Notes: generated by a model from the letters alone, not told the origin. DNA of 64,000 nucleotides from Alphaproteobacteria bacterium UBA1185 (GCA_002310415.1 DBYN01000006.1:219249-283248), one strand, 5' to 3'. Positions 9,199-18,857 are shown, counted from the first letter of the stretch. Numbers and translations: made by a program.

Positions 9199-10563
9199 AT
9201 GAAAAAATATCTTGTTTTGACATCTGTGCTGGCTTTAACTGCATGTGGTGGTGGTTCTGGTAGTAGCGGGGCTGGTGCCGATGTAAATACGGTTGTTGTT
9301 CCTGGCGATTTGGCGGGGCGTGTTACTGCAACTGATAATGATGTGATTACAAAAATGAAATCTGAAGTTATTGTGGCATCTAATTCTGATAATCCTTTGT
9401 CACGTAAAGCGACGGTTGAAAAAGATGGTGTAACATTTGCTTCATACAGATTGGAAGATATCCAATTATATGCGGCAGATTTTGCACATACTGATAATGG
9501 TTTTTTACAAATAGGAATGGATGAAAATACTGGACGTATAGAAAATATAACGATGACTGTTGGTGGTACAGGCGCACCTGTTGCACGTGATGGCAATACG
9601 AATCGTTTCTTTGGACCAATTTTTGAATATGTTGAAAATGGCAAAGATCAGGCTGTATACAGAACTGCGAATACGGGGCAAACTGCCGAAGACTTGGCAC
9701 AATTAAAGGCTGATTTGATTGCACAGGGCAAAATACAAGATGGTGGTCATTGGAATATGATAAATGAATATATGGATGTTGTAACGTATGGGCGTGATAT
9801 TGGCAATGGCGAATCGTTGCAATATGCCGATTTTGGACATTTCAATCCTGTATATAAGCAAAAATATAAAAACGTAGATGGTTTATCAAATGACCAAATG
9901 GCTTCGGCGCGTCAAGGTAAAGATTTGGGGCGCGGTTCAGAATTAGATGAAAGAAAAACTGCAGAAGATTTTAATGATGAAATGGCAGCAGAAGATTATC
10001 AATTGTTTGCTGGGGGATATGCAATTAGTGGTGTAAAGTTGGAAAAATCGTTGCAGCCAAATAATAATACTACTTATCGTGGTATGGCAATTGGGCGTTT
10101 GTATACGACTGTGTCTGCGGATGATGGCGTTAATAATGATGTACGTGAAGCAAAAGCGACAGCGGCAGGTTACAGTGCGGATCGTGATATAAACAAAGCC
10201 TTTACAACCAAATCAGCAACAATGACTATTGGGGCAGATGGGACTCAAACACTTTACATGCCGTTTAATACACAAAGTGATAATCCAGACAGCAAGTTTT
10301 ACGATATAACTTTGGTTCAACACAAGGATGGAACACTAGACACCGAATTCACAGGAAATCCAACAGATCCGAAACATAATAAGGGACATGCTTTGGAATA
10401 TATTGTTGAAAATGAAAGTGGTGTTAATTTTGGATATTATGGTGTGAATACGCCATCTGAAGCCGCCGGAACTGCACGTTTGTATTCCGCAGAAGATTTG
10501 GGTGGTGGTGTTCAACGTGAATATGAAGTTCAGGGCGCATACGGTATGAAATTACAACATTAA
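9199..10563 (+). CDS. surface-lipoprotein candidate, TbpB/fHbp/HpuA-like (putative Slam substrate)
   Basis: Lipobox LALTAC followed by a Gly/Ser linker GGGSGSSGAG. The C-terminal region TYRGMAIG...NFGYYGVNTPSEAAGTARLYS...VQGAYGMKLQH resembles the terminal 8-strand barrel signature (GxFYGpxAxExaG...GAFGa) of TbpB-type lipoproteins. Confidence 0.65.
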   Translation: MKKYLVLTSVLALTACGGGSGSSGAGADVNTVVVPGDLAGRVTATDNDVITKMKSEVIVASNSDNPLSRKATVEKDGVTFASYRLEDIQLYAADFAHTDNGFLQIGMDENTGRIENITMTVGGTGAPVARDGNTNRFFGPIFEYVENGKDQAVYRTANTGQTAEDLAQLKADLIAQGKIQDGGHWNMINEYMDVVTYGRDIGNGESLQYADFGHFNPVYKQKYKNVDGLSNDQMASARQGKDLGRGSELDERKTAEDFNDEMAAEDYQLFAGGYAISGVKLEKSLQPNNNTTYRGMAIGRLYTTVSADDGVNNDVREAKATAAGYSADRDINKAFTTKSATMTIGADGTQTLYMPFNTQSDNPDSKFYDITLVQHKDGTLDTEFTGNPTDPKHNKGHALEYIVENESGVNFGYYGVNTPSEAAGTARLYSAEDLGGGVQREYEVQGAYGMKLQH

Positions 10564-10587
10564 TATCCAAGGTGTGTTGTTTTTATT

Positions 10588-10620
10588 AAATTCGGTTCAT
10601 ACTTTTGAACCGAATTTTTA
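10588..10620 (+). terminator. rho-independent terminator
   Basis: AAATTCGGTTC-ATACTTTT-GAACCGAATTT hairpin followed by a T-run. Confidence 0.7.
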
Positions 10621-10694
10621 TATAATTTTATCTTGTTATATCTTGTAAAAATTACTATCATAGGACACAAGTCTTAGTAATGTATGGTATTTTT

Positions 10695-12140
10695 ATGAAA
10701 CGTATGTTTTTATCTTTGTTGTTTGTTATTGTTTCTACGTTTTCTGGTTGGGCGGTCGGATCGGTCAGTGTGCAGAAAACGTCTGATAATTCTGGTGTAA
10801 CGGAAAAAAATGAAAAGCCGGCAAAGCAAGCAAAAAAAACGTCCAAAAAAAACGACAAAAATGGGAAAACAGAAATTACAATGACATCATTAGATGCCGT
10901 TAAATTGGCTGGCAAAATGGTTGAAATGGGTGATTATGAACACGCAACTCAGATTTTAACAAAAATGCCACAAACCAAAAGTTTGCCTGTGGAAATTGAA
11001 CGGTGGTATTTGTTGGCGCAAATGGAACAACGCAAAGGTAATTATGACGAAGCAATCAAAATTTATCGTAAAATATTAGATTCTCAACCAGATTTATCCA
11101 AAATTCGTTATGAATTAGCATTATGTTATATGGCAAAGGAACAATGGTATCGCGCAGATTATCATCTTCGTTTGGCTATGGCTGGAAAAGATATACCTGA
11201 ACCGGTTAAACAACGTATGATGTATTACAGGTATATTGCACGTAAAAACAAAAATTGGAATGTTTGGTTTAATTTTGGCGCTGCACCAGACAATAATATT
11301 AATCAGGCTACGGGCGGTCAAGAATGTATTTTTTATAATGGGTATTTTTATGGATGTGCTGATAACCCTGAACCTGAAAAGGCTGTGGGATATAATTTGT
11401 TGTTGGGCGGAAATTACGAATTTAAATTGTCTGATAATTGGCGTTGGAAGAATGATGCGAATATTTATACTAATGTTTATAATAAACATAAGTATGATGA
11501 TTTGTATTTAGCCGGTTCTACCGGTCCACGTTATGTTTGGGGAAATGGTGATGTTTGGTTGGCTGGTGTTCTAAGTCGGCGTTGGTATGGCTGGGATCGT
11601 TATAATTGGGCGTATGGCGCCAAGATTGATACTAATTATGATTTAACACGTAAATTGTCTTCTGGATTGACTTTGCGTGTAATGAATAATAAGTATGATG
11701 AATATTGGCAATTGTTAAATGGGCAGACATGGACATTTGCACCACGTTTTTCTTATTCCTTTGACGCATCGAAATATGTTGTGTTAAGAGGTGCGATTGA
11801 TCGTGAAACAGCAAAAGCGGATGCATATGCAAATTGGCGATATAATGCTGGATTGGGTTTTGGGGCCGAGTTGTTGTGGGGATTTAGTGTTTATTTAGAG
11901 CCTTCTTTTACATGGGTGAATTATGATGGCGAACGTTATGTTCCAAAAGATGGGGATTTAAAATGGGTTGTTGAAAATGATTTTATTCAACGTTATTCCA
12001 TATCTTTGTCTAATAATAAATTCAGTATTTGGGGTATGGTGCCGACTTTGACGTGTAGTTATACGAAAAAAGATTCTAATATTCACAACCGGCAATATGA
12101 AAAAGCCACTTTGGAATTAACTTTCCAACAAAGATTTTAA
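10695..12140 (+). CDS. Slam-like outer-membrane protein (N-terminal TPR + C-terminal DUF560-type beta-barrel)
   Basis: Signal peptide MKRMFLSLLFVIVSTFSGWA. TPR-like helices (WYLLAQMEQRKGNYDEAIKIYRKILDSQPD, YELALCYMAKEQWYRADYHL). An aromatic/Gly-rich beta-strand region ends SYTKKDSNIHNRQYEKATLELTFQQRF with a terminal Phe. At about 480 aa it matches the size of Neisseria Slam. An alternative start lies at 10680. Confidence 0.7.
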   Translation: MKRMFLSLLFVIVSTFSGWAVGSVSVQKTSDNSGVTEKNEKPAKQAKKTSKKNDKNGKTEITMTSLDAVKLAGKMVEMGDYEHATQILTKMPQTKSLPVEIERWYLLAQMEQRKGNYDEAIKIYRKILDSQPDLSKIRYELALCYMAKEQWYRADYHLRLAMAGKDIPEPVKQRMMYYRYIARKNKNWNVWFNFGAAPDNNINQATGGQECIFYNGYFYGCADNPEPEKAVGYNLLLGGNYEFKLSDNWRWKNDANIYTNVYNKHKYDDLYLAGSTGPRYVWGNGDVWLAGVLSRRWYGWDRYNWAYGAKIDTNYDLTRKLSSGLTLRVMNNKYDEYWQLLNGQTWTFAPRFSYSFDASKYVVLRGAIDRETAKADAYANWRYNAGLGFGAELLWGFSVYLEPSFTWVNYDGERYVPKDGDLKWVVENDFIQRYSISLSNNKFSIWGMVPTLTCSYTKKDSNIHNRQYEKATLELTFQQRF

Positions 12141-12176
12141 TTTGCAAATTTTTATATTTATGCTTAGATTTTATTT

Positions 12177-12872
12177 ATGAAGATAATAGATGCGCATAGC
12201 CATATTGATTATATAACGTATAATCATCAAAAAGATGTTGTTGGTACTATTTGTGCAACAACGACAGAAAATCAATGGATAAAATTAATCAATTTAATGT
12301 GTCAGGATAAAAATATTTATGGCGCTTTTGGGGTGCATCCGTGGTTTGTGGATTCTGTTAGTAGTAATTTTATTCAACAATTAGAATGTTTATTGAATGC
12401 AAATTCGAATTATATGGTTGGTGAAATTGGTTTGGATAAATATAAACCAAACATGGATAAACAAATTGAATGCTTTATCAAACAATTTGATTTAGCCGTT
12501 AAATTAAATCGACCAGTTTTTTTACATTGTGTGGGGGCGTGGGATAAAATTTTGCATGTTTTAAAACAGTACAAAACAAATCAATTACCAATTATTGTTG
12601 CGCATTCTTTTAATGCTGGTCATGACATATTGAAACAATTGTTGCGATATGAAAATATAATGTTTTCATTTTGCAATCTTTGTATGTCGCACAAAAATTG
12701 CTGTATAGAACAAATTCCAATTGAAAGAATTGTAGTTGAATCTGATGGAAAGGAAAATTCTGATTTAGTAAAATGTATTAATGATATAATAAAAAGTAAA
12801 CATAATGATAATGCTGATATAATAATTTATAATAACACGCAAAGGATTATAAAAAATGAACAGATTGCATAG
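12177..12872 (+). CDS. TatD-family metal-dependent hydrolase/DNase
   Basis: IDAHSHIDY, GEIGLDKY, FLHCVGAWD and VVESDG motifs; 231 aa. Confidence 0.85.
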   Translation: MKIIDAHSHIDYITYNHQKDVVGTICATTTENQWIKLINLMCQDKNIYGAFGVHPWFVDSVSSNFIQQLECLLNANSNYMVGEIGLDKYKPNMDKQIECFIKQFDLAVKLNRPVFLHCVGAWDKILHVLKQYKTNQLPIIVAHSFNAGHDILKQLLRYENIMFSFCNLCMSHKNCCIEQIPIERIVVESDGKENSDLVKCINDIIKSKHNDNADIIIYNNTQRIIKNEQIA

Positions 12873-13530
12873 AATAAATTTATTATTAGGCAATGAATCA
12901 ATAGTTAAATTGCAAAAATCAACAGTTATGGTTGTTGGATGCGGTGCAGTTGGTTCTTTTGCTATTGAAGCATTGGCGCGTTCTGGAATAGGGCATTTGA
13001 TTTTAATAGATTGTGATGTTGTTGAAGAATCTAATATAAACCGACAGTTGTTTGCTTTGGATTCTACAATTGGACAACCCAAGGTAGATGTAGCCAAACA
13101 GCGTATATATGATATAAATCCAAATATTATTGTCGATGTATTTAATTTATTCTTTGATGAAGATACTATTATTAATGTTAAACCAGATTTTGTTATAGAT
13201 GCTATAGATACCGTTAAATCCAAAATAGCCCTATATAAATGGTGTTTTGATAATGACATACAATTTGTTTCCAGTATGGGTGCTGCGCGTAAAACAGATG
13301 TTGCAAAAATTAAAATCACTGATATATCCAAGACTTCTGTATGCCCATTGGCATCTAAAATACGTCATTTGGTTCGTGATTTAAAATTGCCTGATTTTCC
13401 GGTTGTGTATTCAACTGAAAATGCAATAAATATGCAAAATGGTGGAAGAGAGTTTGGTTCTATTATAACAGTTACCGGCGTGTTCGGGTTGATATTGGCA
13501 GATTTTGTTATTAAAAAATTAACTTTATAA
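12856..13530 (+). CDS. tcdA: tRNA threonylcarbamoyladenosine dehydratase (TcdA/CsdL, ThiF/E1-like)
   Basis: VVGCGAVGSFAIEALARSG Rossmann motif and ESNINRQL. 224 aa. Overlaps the previous gene by 17 nt. Confidence 0.8.
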   Translation: MNRLHRINLLLGNESIVKLQKSTVMVVGCGAVGSFAIEALARSGIGHLILIDCDVVEESNINRQLFALDSTIGQPKVDVAKQRIYDINPNIIVDVFNLFFDEDTIINVKPDFVIDAIDTVKSKIALYKWCFDNDIQFVSSMGAARKTDVAKIKITDISKTSVCPLASKIRHLVRDLKLPDFPVVYSTENAINMQNGGREFGSIITVTGVFGLILADFVIKKLTL

Positions 13531-13660
13531 ATGTTCTATACAGCATATTTACTGGAGTTTATGATTTATATCCTATGGGGATAAGTGCCTATGTAAATGT
13601 CATATATTGTCTGATAGAATATCAATTGTTGAGATTAATCAGCAACAAAAGGAGAAACTT

Positions 13661-14275
13661 ATGAAAAAAGTTATTGCTACATCGATGGCAGTATTATTGG
13701 CAACACCTGCTTTGGCCGGTGGATACAATTATGAACAACAACCAAGTACAGTCTTGGGTTGGGAAATTTTACCGTATGTTGCAGTGCGTGGCGGTGCAAC
13801 ATATAGTAATTTGAATTATAAAATAAACAATATCAAAGAAGATGTTTCGTTAAACTCTTATCAAGTGCGTGCCGCTTTGGGTTTAACAATGGATGATGCT
13901 GCGCGTTTTGAAATTGAAGGTTCTTTCTTTAACAAAGCGTATAAGACCCAGGATTTTGGCACTATCCAAGGTGTAGATGTGTCTGCAAGAAATATAGAAT
14001 TGATGGCTAATACATATATGAATATCGGTCATTTTAATTATATTCAACCATTTGCAGGTTTGGGCGCAGGTTTAGCATTCATAGATACTGGTGCACGTAT
14101 TGCAGGTGTCAGGGAACATAAAGACTCAACAAAATTCTCTGCTATGGGAACTTTGGGTTTGTCAATGCCGTTTGGTTGTTTTGCAGTTGATGTTGCGGCA
14201 CGTTATAATTATGTTGATGTTGCTTCTGGAATGCATAATTTCAGTGGTGATATTGGTGTACGTTATATGTTCTAA
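13661..14275 (+). CDS. small outer-membrane beta-barrel protein (OMP_b-brl / Omp25-Opa-like)
   Basis: ATG 13661 is preceded by GGAG (13651-13654). Signal peptide ...ATPALA, alternating beta-strand pattern, C-terminal GVRYMF. The track ORF starts earlier at 13607. Confidence 0.75.
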   Translation: MKKVIATSMAVLLATPALAGGYNYEQQPSTVLGWEILPYVAVRGGATYSNLNYKINNIKEDVSLNSYQVRAALGLTMDDAARFEIEGSFFNKAYKTQDFGTIQGVDVSARNIELMANTYMNIGHFNYIQPFAGLGAGLAFIDTGARIAGVREHKDSTKFSAMGTLGLSMPFGCFAVDVAARYNYVDVASGMHNFSGDIGVRYMF

Positions 14276-14299
14276 TATAATCTTGTTCTCATGTTATGC

Positions 14300-14327
14300 A
14301 AATCCCGTTTTTATGCGGGATTTTTTT
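14300..14327 (+). terminator. rho-independent terminator
   Basis: AAATCCCG-TTTTTATG-CGGGATTT followed by a T-run. Confidence 0.7.
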
Positions 14328-14367
14328 ATTGATAGAAAAAATTCCTATGTGCTAGCATGAAATAGTT

Positions 14368-15870
14368 ATGAATAGATTTTTGTGTTTTTCAAGATTTGTA
14401 ATATGTATAACTATTTTGAGTTTATCAAATGGTTATGCCGATGATTATTATGTTTCTCAAAACTCTTTTGAAGAAAATATCAATTTGTCTGATGATATGG
14501 TTATTAAAAATTATGGGAATATTAATAACATATATACAAATGGTTATAATCTGCACATATACAATTATGGTTCCATAGGAATAATTCATAATCCAGAAGG
14601 AATTGCTTATGTTCAACAATGTATTCCAAATAACAATGCTTTGAACAAGATTAATTTGGACGGCGGTAATTTTGGGGTTGAAATTGACAATTTGGATGAA
14701 GTAAGTTTGAACACATTAAAATATATTCTGGACGGTGTAGATGGCGCAATAACTGTTACTAATTCGTCAATTGTCATAGATAATTTTGAAGATTGGCAAA
14801 ATTGGGATGCAAATATTAAATTGGATAATACAGATACTTTGGTTATTCTTAACCCAGATACTGTAACGCCGGGCCAGGCGATTAATCATGTTAATGGTCC
14901 AATCAGAATTATTGTCAAAGATTTAGATAAATATTATAAAACAGAACTATCACAAGAAGTTGGTGCAGTTTTAATAGATGTGATCAGAGAAACAGATTAC
15001 ACCAAAGAATTCAAAGATGAACGTGGCGAATTGTTGGATAAGTTAAGAAGTTATAATCCTAATGATTCTTTGTTAGTTGCGTTAGATAGTGCGACCAGTA
15101 GTGAAGCATTACATTATATCATGGATTCGTCTTATCATTTTAATTCAAATATTTTATTAAAGCCGGTTAAAACTGTAACTAATTTTATGTTGTCGGATAA
15201 TAATATAACTGATGATGTATTGTATGCTGGTATATCTGGTTTTTATATTTTTGCAGATAACACCGATGATTATGGAATACATTTATATATGGGAGGAAAA
15301 TATAATGATTCTTATTTTGGTGCGGGCTTTGATTTACATAGTTTTCATTACAAAGATTTGATTAATGATTTTGGCGGATGGATGTATGGGTTTAACGTAA
15401 ATTCTAAAATGTATTTTGATAATCTATGGATTGATGGATTGTTGGGCATATCTTTTGTTAATTTTAATGTAGACGATGTTTTATACAAAGATACAACAAA
15501 AAATAATCCAATGGGATTTTTGTGGTACGGAACATTTGATATTGGTTATGATTATTCTGTAATATCAGATTTTGTTCTAAGCCCGTTTGTTGGTGTGTTT
15601 GGGACGCAATATTTGGTTTTGAATATCGATGATAAAGATTGTAATATTCGTGGTGGTATGGGTGCAAAATATTCTTTTGTTACAGATAATGTGAAATATG
15701 TATACAGCGGAAAAATTGGCGTTGCAGATAATAAAGATGTTTTTGGCGGATTGTCGGTTGGTTTTATATCGGAAATAGACAAGGCCGGTGTTACTGTGGA
15801 ATGTGATTTTTTAAAAACAGAAAACGAGAAAGGTTATAAAATATCAGTTAACGGACATTTAGCATTTTGA
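14368..15870 (+). CDS. autotransporter-like outer-membrane protein
   Basis: 500 aa with a signal peptide. The N-terminal Asn/Gly/Ile-rich repeats (NYGNINNIYTNGYNLHIYNYGSIGII) suggest a beta-helix passenger. A linker (LDSATSSEALHYIMDSSYHFNS) precedes a C-terminal aromatic-rich barrel ending GHLAF. Confidence 0.55.
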   Translation: MNRFLCFSRFVICITILSLSNGYADDYYVSQNSFEENINLSDDMVIKNYGNINNIYTNGYNLHIYNYGSIGIIHNPEGIAYVQQCIPNNNALNKINLDGGNFGVEIDNLDEVSLNTLKYILDGVDGAITVTNSSIVIDNFEDWQNWDANIKLDNTDTLVILNPDTVTPGQAINHVNGPIRIIVKDLDKYYKTELSQEVGAVLIDVIRETDYTKEFKDERGELLDKLRSYNPNDSLLVALDSATSSEALHYIMDSSYHFNSNILLKPVKTVTNFMLSDNNITDDVLYAGISGFYIFADNTDDYGIHLYMGGKYNDSYFGAGFDLHSFHYKDLINDFGGWMYGFNVNSKMYFDNLWIDGLLGISFVNFNVDDVLYKDTTKNNPMGFLWYGTFDIGYDYSVISDFVLSPFVGVFGTQYLVLNIDDKDCNIRGGMGAKYSFVTDNVKYVYSGKIGVADNKDVFGGLSVGFISEIDKAGVTVECDFLKTENEKGYKISVNGHLAF

Positions 15871-15874
15871 TTTA

Positions 15875-17185
15875 TTATTTAATTAATTCCCCACGCAGAG
15901 ATGCTTTGTTTGCATCTGTTATTTTTATTTTTTGTAATGGTGGAATTTTTGTGTTTGGTTTTTCAACAATACATTGTTGCATATATGGGGTACGAAATAC
16001 CAGATGACGACCGGTTTTGTCCAGACCTTCGCATAAACACATCATTTCTTGTCCTATACAAGATGTATTAAATTCTCGTTGGTTTTCATTTAGTTGAGAA
16101 TCTAGACGTTGTAAACGTACGGTTTTTATTTGTTCGCTAATTTGATTCGACATCATAGCTGCCGCCGTATGCGGACGAGGTGAGTATTTAAAAGAATATG
16201 AATTTATATATTTTATTTTTTTGGCAATATTTAGTGTCTGTTCAAAATCTTCATCTGTTTCATCTGGAAAACCAACAATAAAATCAGATGATATTTGAAT
16301 ATCTGGACGAACAGATTTAAGTTTTTTTACTATATTTTTATAGTTATCTAAATTGTCTGGTCTGTTCATCATTTTTAATATACGTGGTGAACCACTTTGT
16401 ATCGGCATATTTAAAAATGGTAATAATTTTGGCTCAATCCCAAACATTTCAATCAAGTCATCTGTCATTTCTGTTGGATAACTGGATGTAAAGCGTATAC
16501 GGTGTATTTCGGGCAGTTTAGCAGTTTCACGAATCAAATCAGATAATTTATAAAGGTTTCCAGTTTCATCTGTATATTTATATCCATTTACATTTTGACC
16601 AAGGAAACAAATTTCAATTGCACCAGTTTTTGCAGCGTTTATTGTGTCTTGTATAATATCATCAAATGGACGTGATAATTCACGACCACGCGTGTACGGC
16701 ACAATGCAATATGTGCAACAATGGTTGCAACCTTCTTGGATTGGTATATATGCGACGGTCGGAGATTTTGTCATTTGTGGTAATTCATCAAATTTTTCCA
16801 AACCACCCAAATCAATATTTAATAATTTTGTTTCTGGGTTCTTTATGATTTCTGGTAATTTGTGATAACTTTGCGGACCCAAAACAAAATTTAATTCGGG
16901 TATACGCCGAAAAGCGTCACTTCCAGATTCGCGCGCCACACATCCAACAATACCGAGCAGGGCAGATTCTTTTTTTGCGCGCCTTATGCGTCCCAATGCG
17001 GAATAAACTTTGTCTGTTGCTTTTGCACGAACTGCACATGTATTTAATATAATCAAATCTGCATCACTAACGTTTTCTGTTTTAATCCAATTTTGTGATT
17101 CAAGCATATTGGCAATCCGTTGCCCGTCATATACATTCATTTGGCAACCAAACGTTTGAATGAAGAATTTTTGCTGTATAGACAT
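15875..17185 (-). CDS. miaB: tRNA-2-methylthio-N6-dimethylallyladenosine synthase MiaB
   Basis: FGCQMN N-terminal motif, radical-SAM CNHCCTYC and a C-terminal TRAM region; 436 aa. Confidence 0.9.
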   Translation of the reverse strand: MSIQQKFFIQTFGCQMNVYDGQRIANMLESQNWIKTENVSDADLIILNTCAVRAKATDKVYSALGRIRRAKKESALLGIVGCVARESGSDAFRRIPELNFVLGPQSYHKLPEIIKNPETKLLNIDLGGLEKFDELPQMTKSPTVAYIPIQEGCNHCCTYCIVPYTRGRELSRPFDDIIQDTINAAKTGAIEICFLGQNVNGYKYTDETGNLYKLSDLIRETAKLPEIHRIRFTSSYPTEMTDDLIEMFGIEPKLLPFLNMPIQSGSPRILKMMNRPDNLDNYKNIVKKLKSVRPDIQISSDFIVGFPDETDEDFEQTLNIAKKIKYINSYSFKYSPRPHTAAAMMSNQISEQIKTVRLQRLDSQLNENQREFNTSCIGQEMMCLCEGLDKTGRHLVFRTPYMQQCIVEKPNTKIPPLQKIKITDANKASLRGELIK

Positions 17186-17191
17186 ATTTTA

Positions 17192-18718
17192 TTAAACCAA
17201 TTTTTGTTTTAACAAATCACTTACCATGGCGGGATTTGCCTGACCATGTGTCGCTTTCATAACATTCCCGACAAAGAATCCAAGCAAACCGACTTTGCCA
17301 GATTTATATTGTTCGACCTGTGCCGGATTGTTTTTGATAACTTCGTCCACAGCAGATTCAATGGCACCAGTATCGGTGATTTGTTTCATACCATATTTTT
17401 CTGCGATTTCGTGGATCGTTCCATGTTCGCCATCAAGCATTTTGATAAAGATTTCTTTTGCTTGTTTGCCGTTAATTTCGTTTGATGCAATCATGTCAAC
17501 CAATTCAGTAATGTTTTCTGGCGTGATAACGCGCGGTGCATCTGGATCAGAATTTTCACGAATTTCATTTGTAATATCCATATTTTCAGGGTGGGCAAAT
17601 AATTCAGAAATTAACCAATTTGCAACGGGTTTTGCGCGTTCTTTTTTACCGTTTACAGCGGCATCATACCAATGTGAAATATCAACTGTTTCTGTTAAAC
17701 GCGCTGCATCATATTCAGACAAACCGTATTCATTGATATATCTTGCGCGTGTCGCAGACGGTAATTCTGGCATTGTTTTTCTGATACGTTCAATATCTTC
17801 ATCTGTGATTTCTAATTCCAATAAATCTGGGTCCGGGAAATAGCGATAATCCAGTGCATCTTCTTTGCTGCGTAATACAGATGTGGTTCCGTCTTCTTGA
17901 TTATAACGCATAGTATCTTGTGAAATAGTACCACCATTTTCAAGTATTTCTACCTGACGTTTTGCTTCGTATTCAATTGCGGTTTTAATAAATTTAAAAG
18001 AAACCATATTTTTCGTTTCTGTGCGCGTTCCGAAAGTTTTTGAACCAACAGGGCGAACAGAAACATTAACGTCGGCACGCATTGAACCTTCTTCCATATT
18101 TGCCTTTGATACACCGAGTGCTCGTGCAATTTCACGAATTTGACGCAAGTATTTTTCTGCCTCATCTGGTGATGATATATAAGAATTATTTTCTGGATTT
18201 TTTGTGTCCAAGAAAGTAACAATTTCCAGCAACATTACACCAGTTCTGTTAAAATCAACAAAAGATTTTGTTGGGTGCATATCGTGTTTGTTTTTTGCTG
18301 CATCTTGTTCCATGTGCGCGCGTTCAATTAGAATCTTTTTTGGGTTTCCGTCATCACCAATAATTTCAATCCAACCACGACCAACCACAGGCGGTTCATC
18401 TGCGGGTTGAGATATTTGATATCCCTGGGGCAGGTCAGGGTAGAAATATTGTTTACGGGCAAATTTGCTGTGATGCGATATTTCTGCGTTTATACCCAGA
18501 CCAAATTTAATGGCTTGTTCCACACAATGTTTATTTAATACGGGCAACATACCAGGCATAGCGACATCAACCATGCATGCCTGGGTATTTGGGGCAACTG
18601 TTGGATTATAATCGGCAGATGCACCGCTGAAAATCTTACTGTTGGATAAAACCTCTATGTGAGTTTCCAAACCTATAACTACTTCCCAATCTGTTGTTTT
18701 GCCTTTTATTGTAAACAT
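17192..18718 (-). CDS. gatB: Asp/Glu-tRNA amidotransferase subunit B
   Basis: MFTIKGKTTDWEVVIGLETHIEV start; YFYPDLPQGYQISQ motif. The track ORF extends to 18796 only because it reads through the antisense of tRNA-Phe (LYQLSY artefact). Confidence 0.9.
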   Translation of the reverse strand: MFTIKGKTTDWEVVIGLETHIEVLSNSKIFSGASADYNPTVAPNTQACMVDVAMPGMLPVLNKHCVEQAIKFGLGINAEISHHSKFARKQYFYPDLPQGYQISQPADEPPVVGRGWIEIIGDDGNPKKILIERAHMEQDAAKNKHDMHPTKSFVDFNRTGVMLLEIVTFLDTKNPENNSYISSPDEAEKYLRQIREIARALGVSKANMEEGSMRADVNVSVRPVGSKTFGTRTETKNMVSFKFIKTAIEYEAKRQVEILENGGTISQDTMRYNQEDGTTSVLRSKEDALDYRYFPDPDLLELEITDEDIERIRKTMPELPSATRARYINEYGLSEYDAARLTETVDISHWYDAAVNGKKERAKPVANWLISELFAHPENMDITNEIRENSDPDAPRVITPENITELVDMIASNEINGKQAKEIFIKMLDGEHGTIHEIAEKYGMKQITDTGAIESAVDEVIKNNPAQVEQYKSGKVGLLGFFVGNVMKATHGQANPAMVSDLLKQKLV

Positions 18719-18769
18719 TTTATTTTTCCCTTGATTTTTCGTTTGTGATGTCTTAATATGTGCCTCGTT

Positions 18770-18845
18770 GGCTAGATAGCTCAGTTGGTAGAGCAAGGGA
18801 CTGAAAATCCCTGTGTCAGTAGTTCGATTCTACTTCTAGCCACCA
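18770..18845 (+). tRNA. tRNA-Phe (anticodon GAA)
   Basis: 76-nt cloverleaf. Acceptor GGCTAGA/TCTAGCC, D arm GCTC-AGTTGGTA-GAGC, anticodon arm AGGGA-CTGAAAA-TCCCT, T arm AGTAG-TTCGATT-CTACT, encoded CCA. Confidence 0.9.
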
Positions 18846-18857
18846 TTTTTTTATCCT

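Noticed and set aside
9024-12140. tRNA-Lys as the integration site of a genomic island carrying the lipoprotein/Slam pair.
   Set aside because: No direct repeat of the tRNA 3' end lies downstream, and there is no integrase or mobility gene nearby. The association is only positional.
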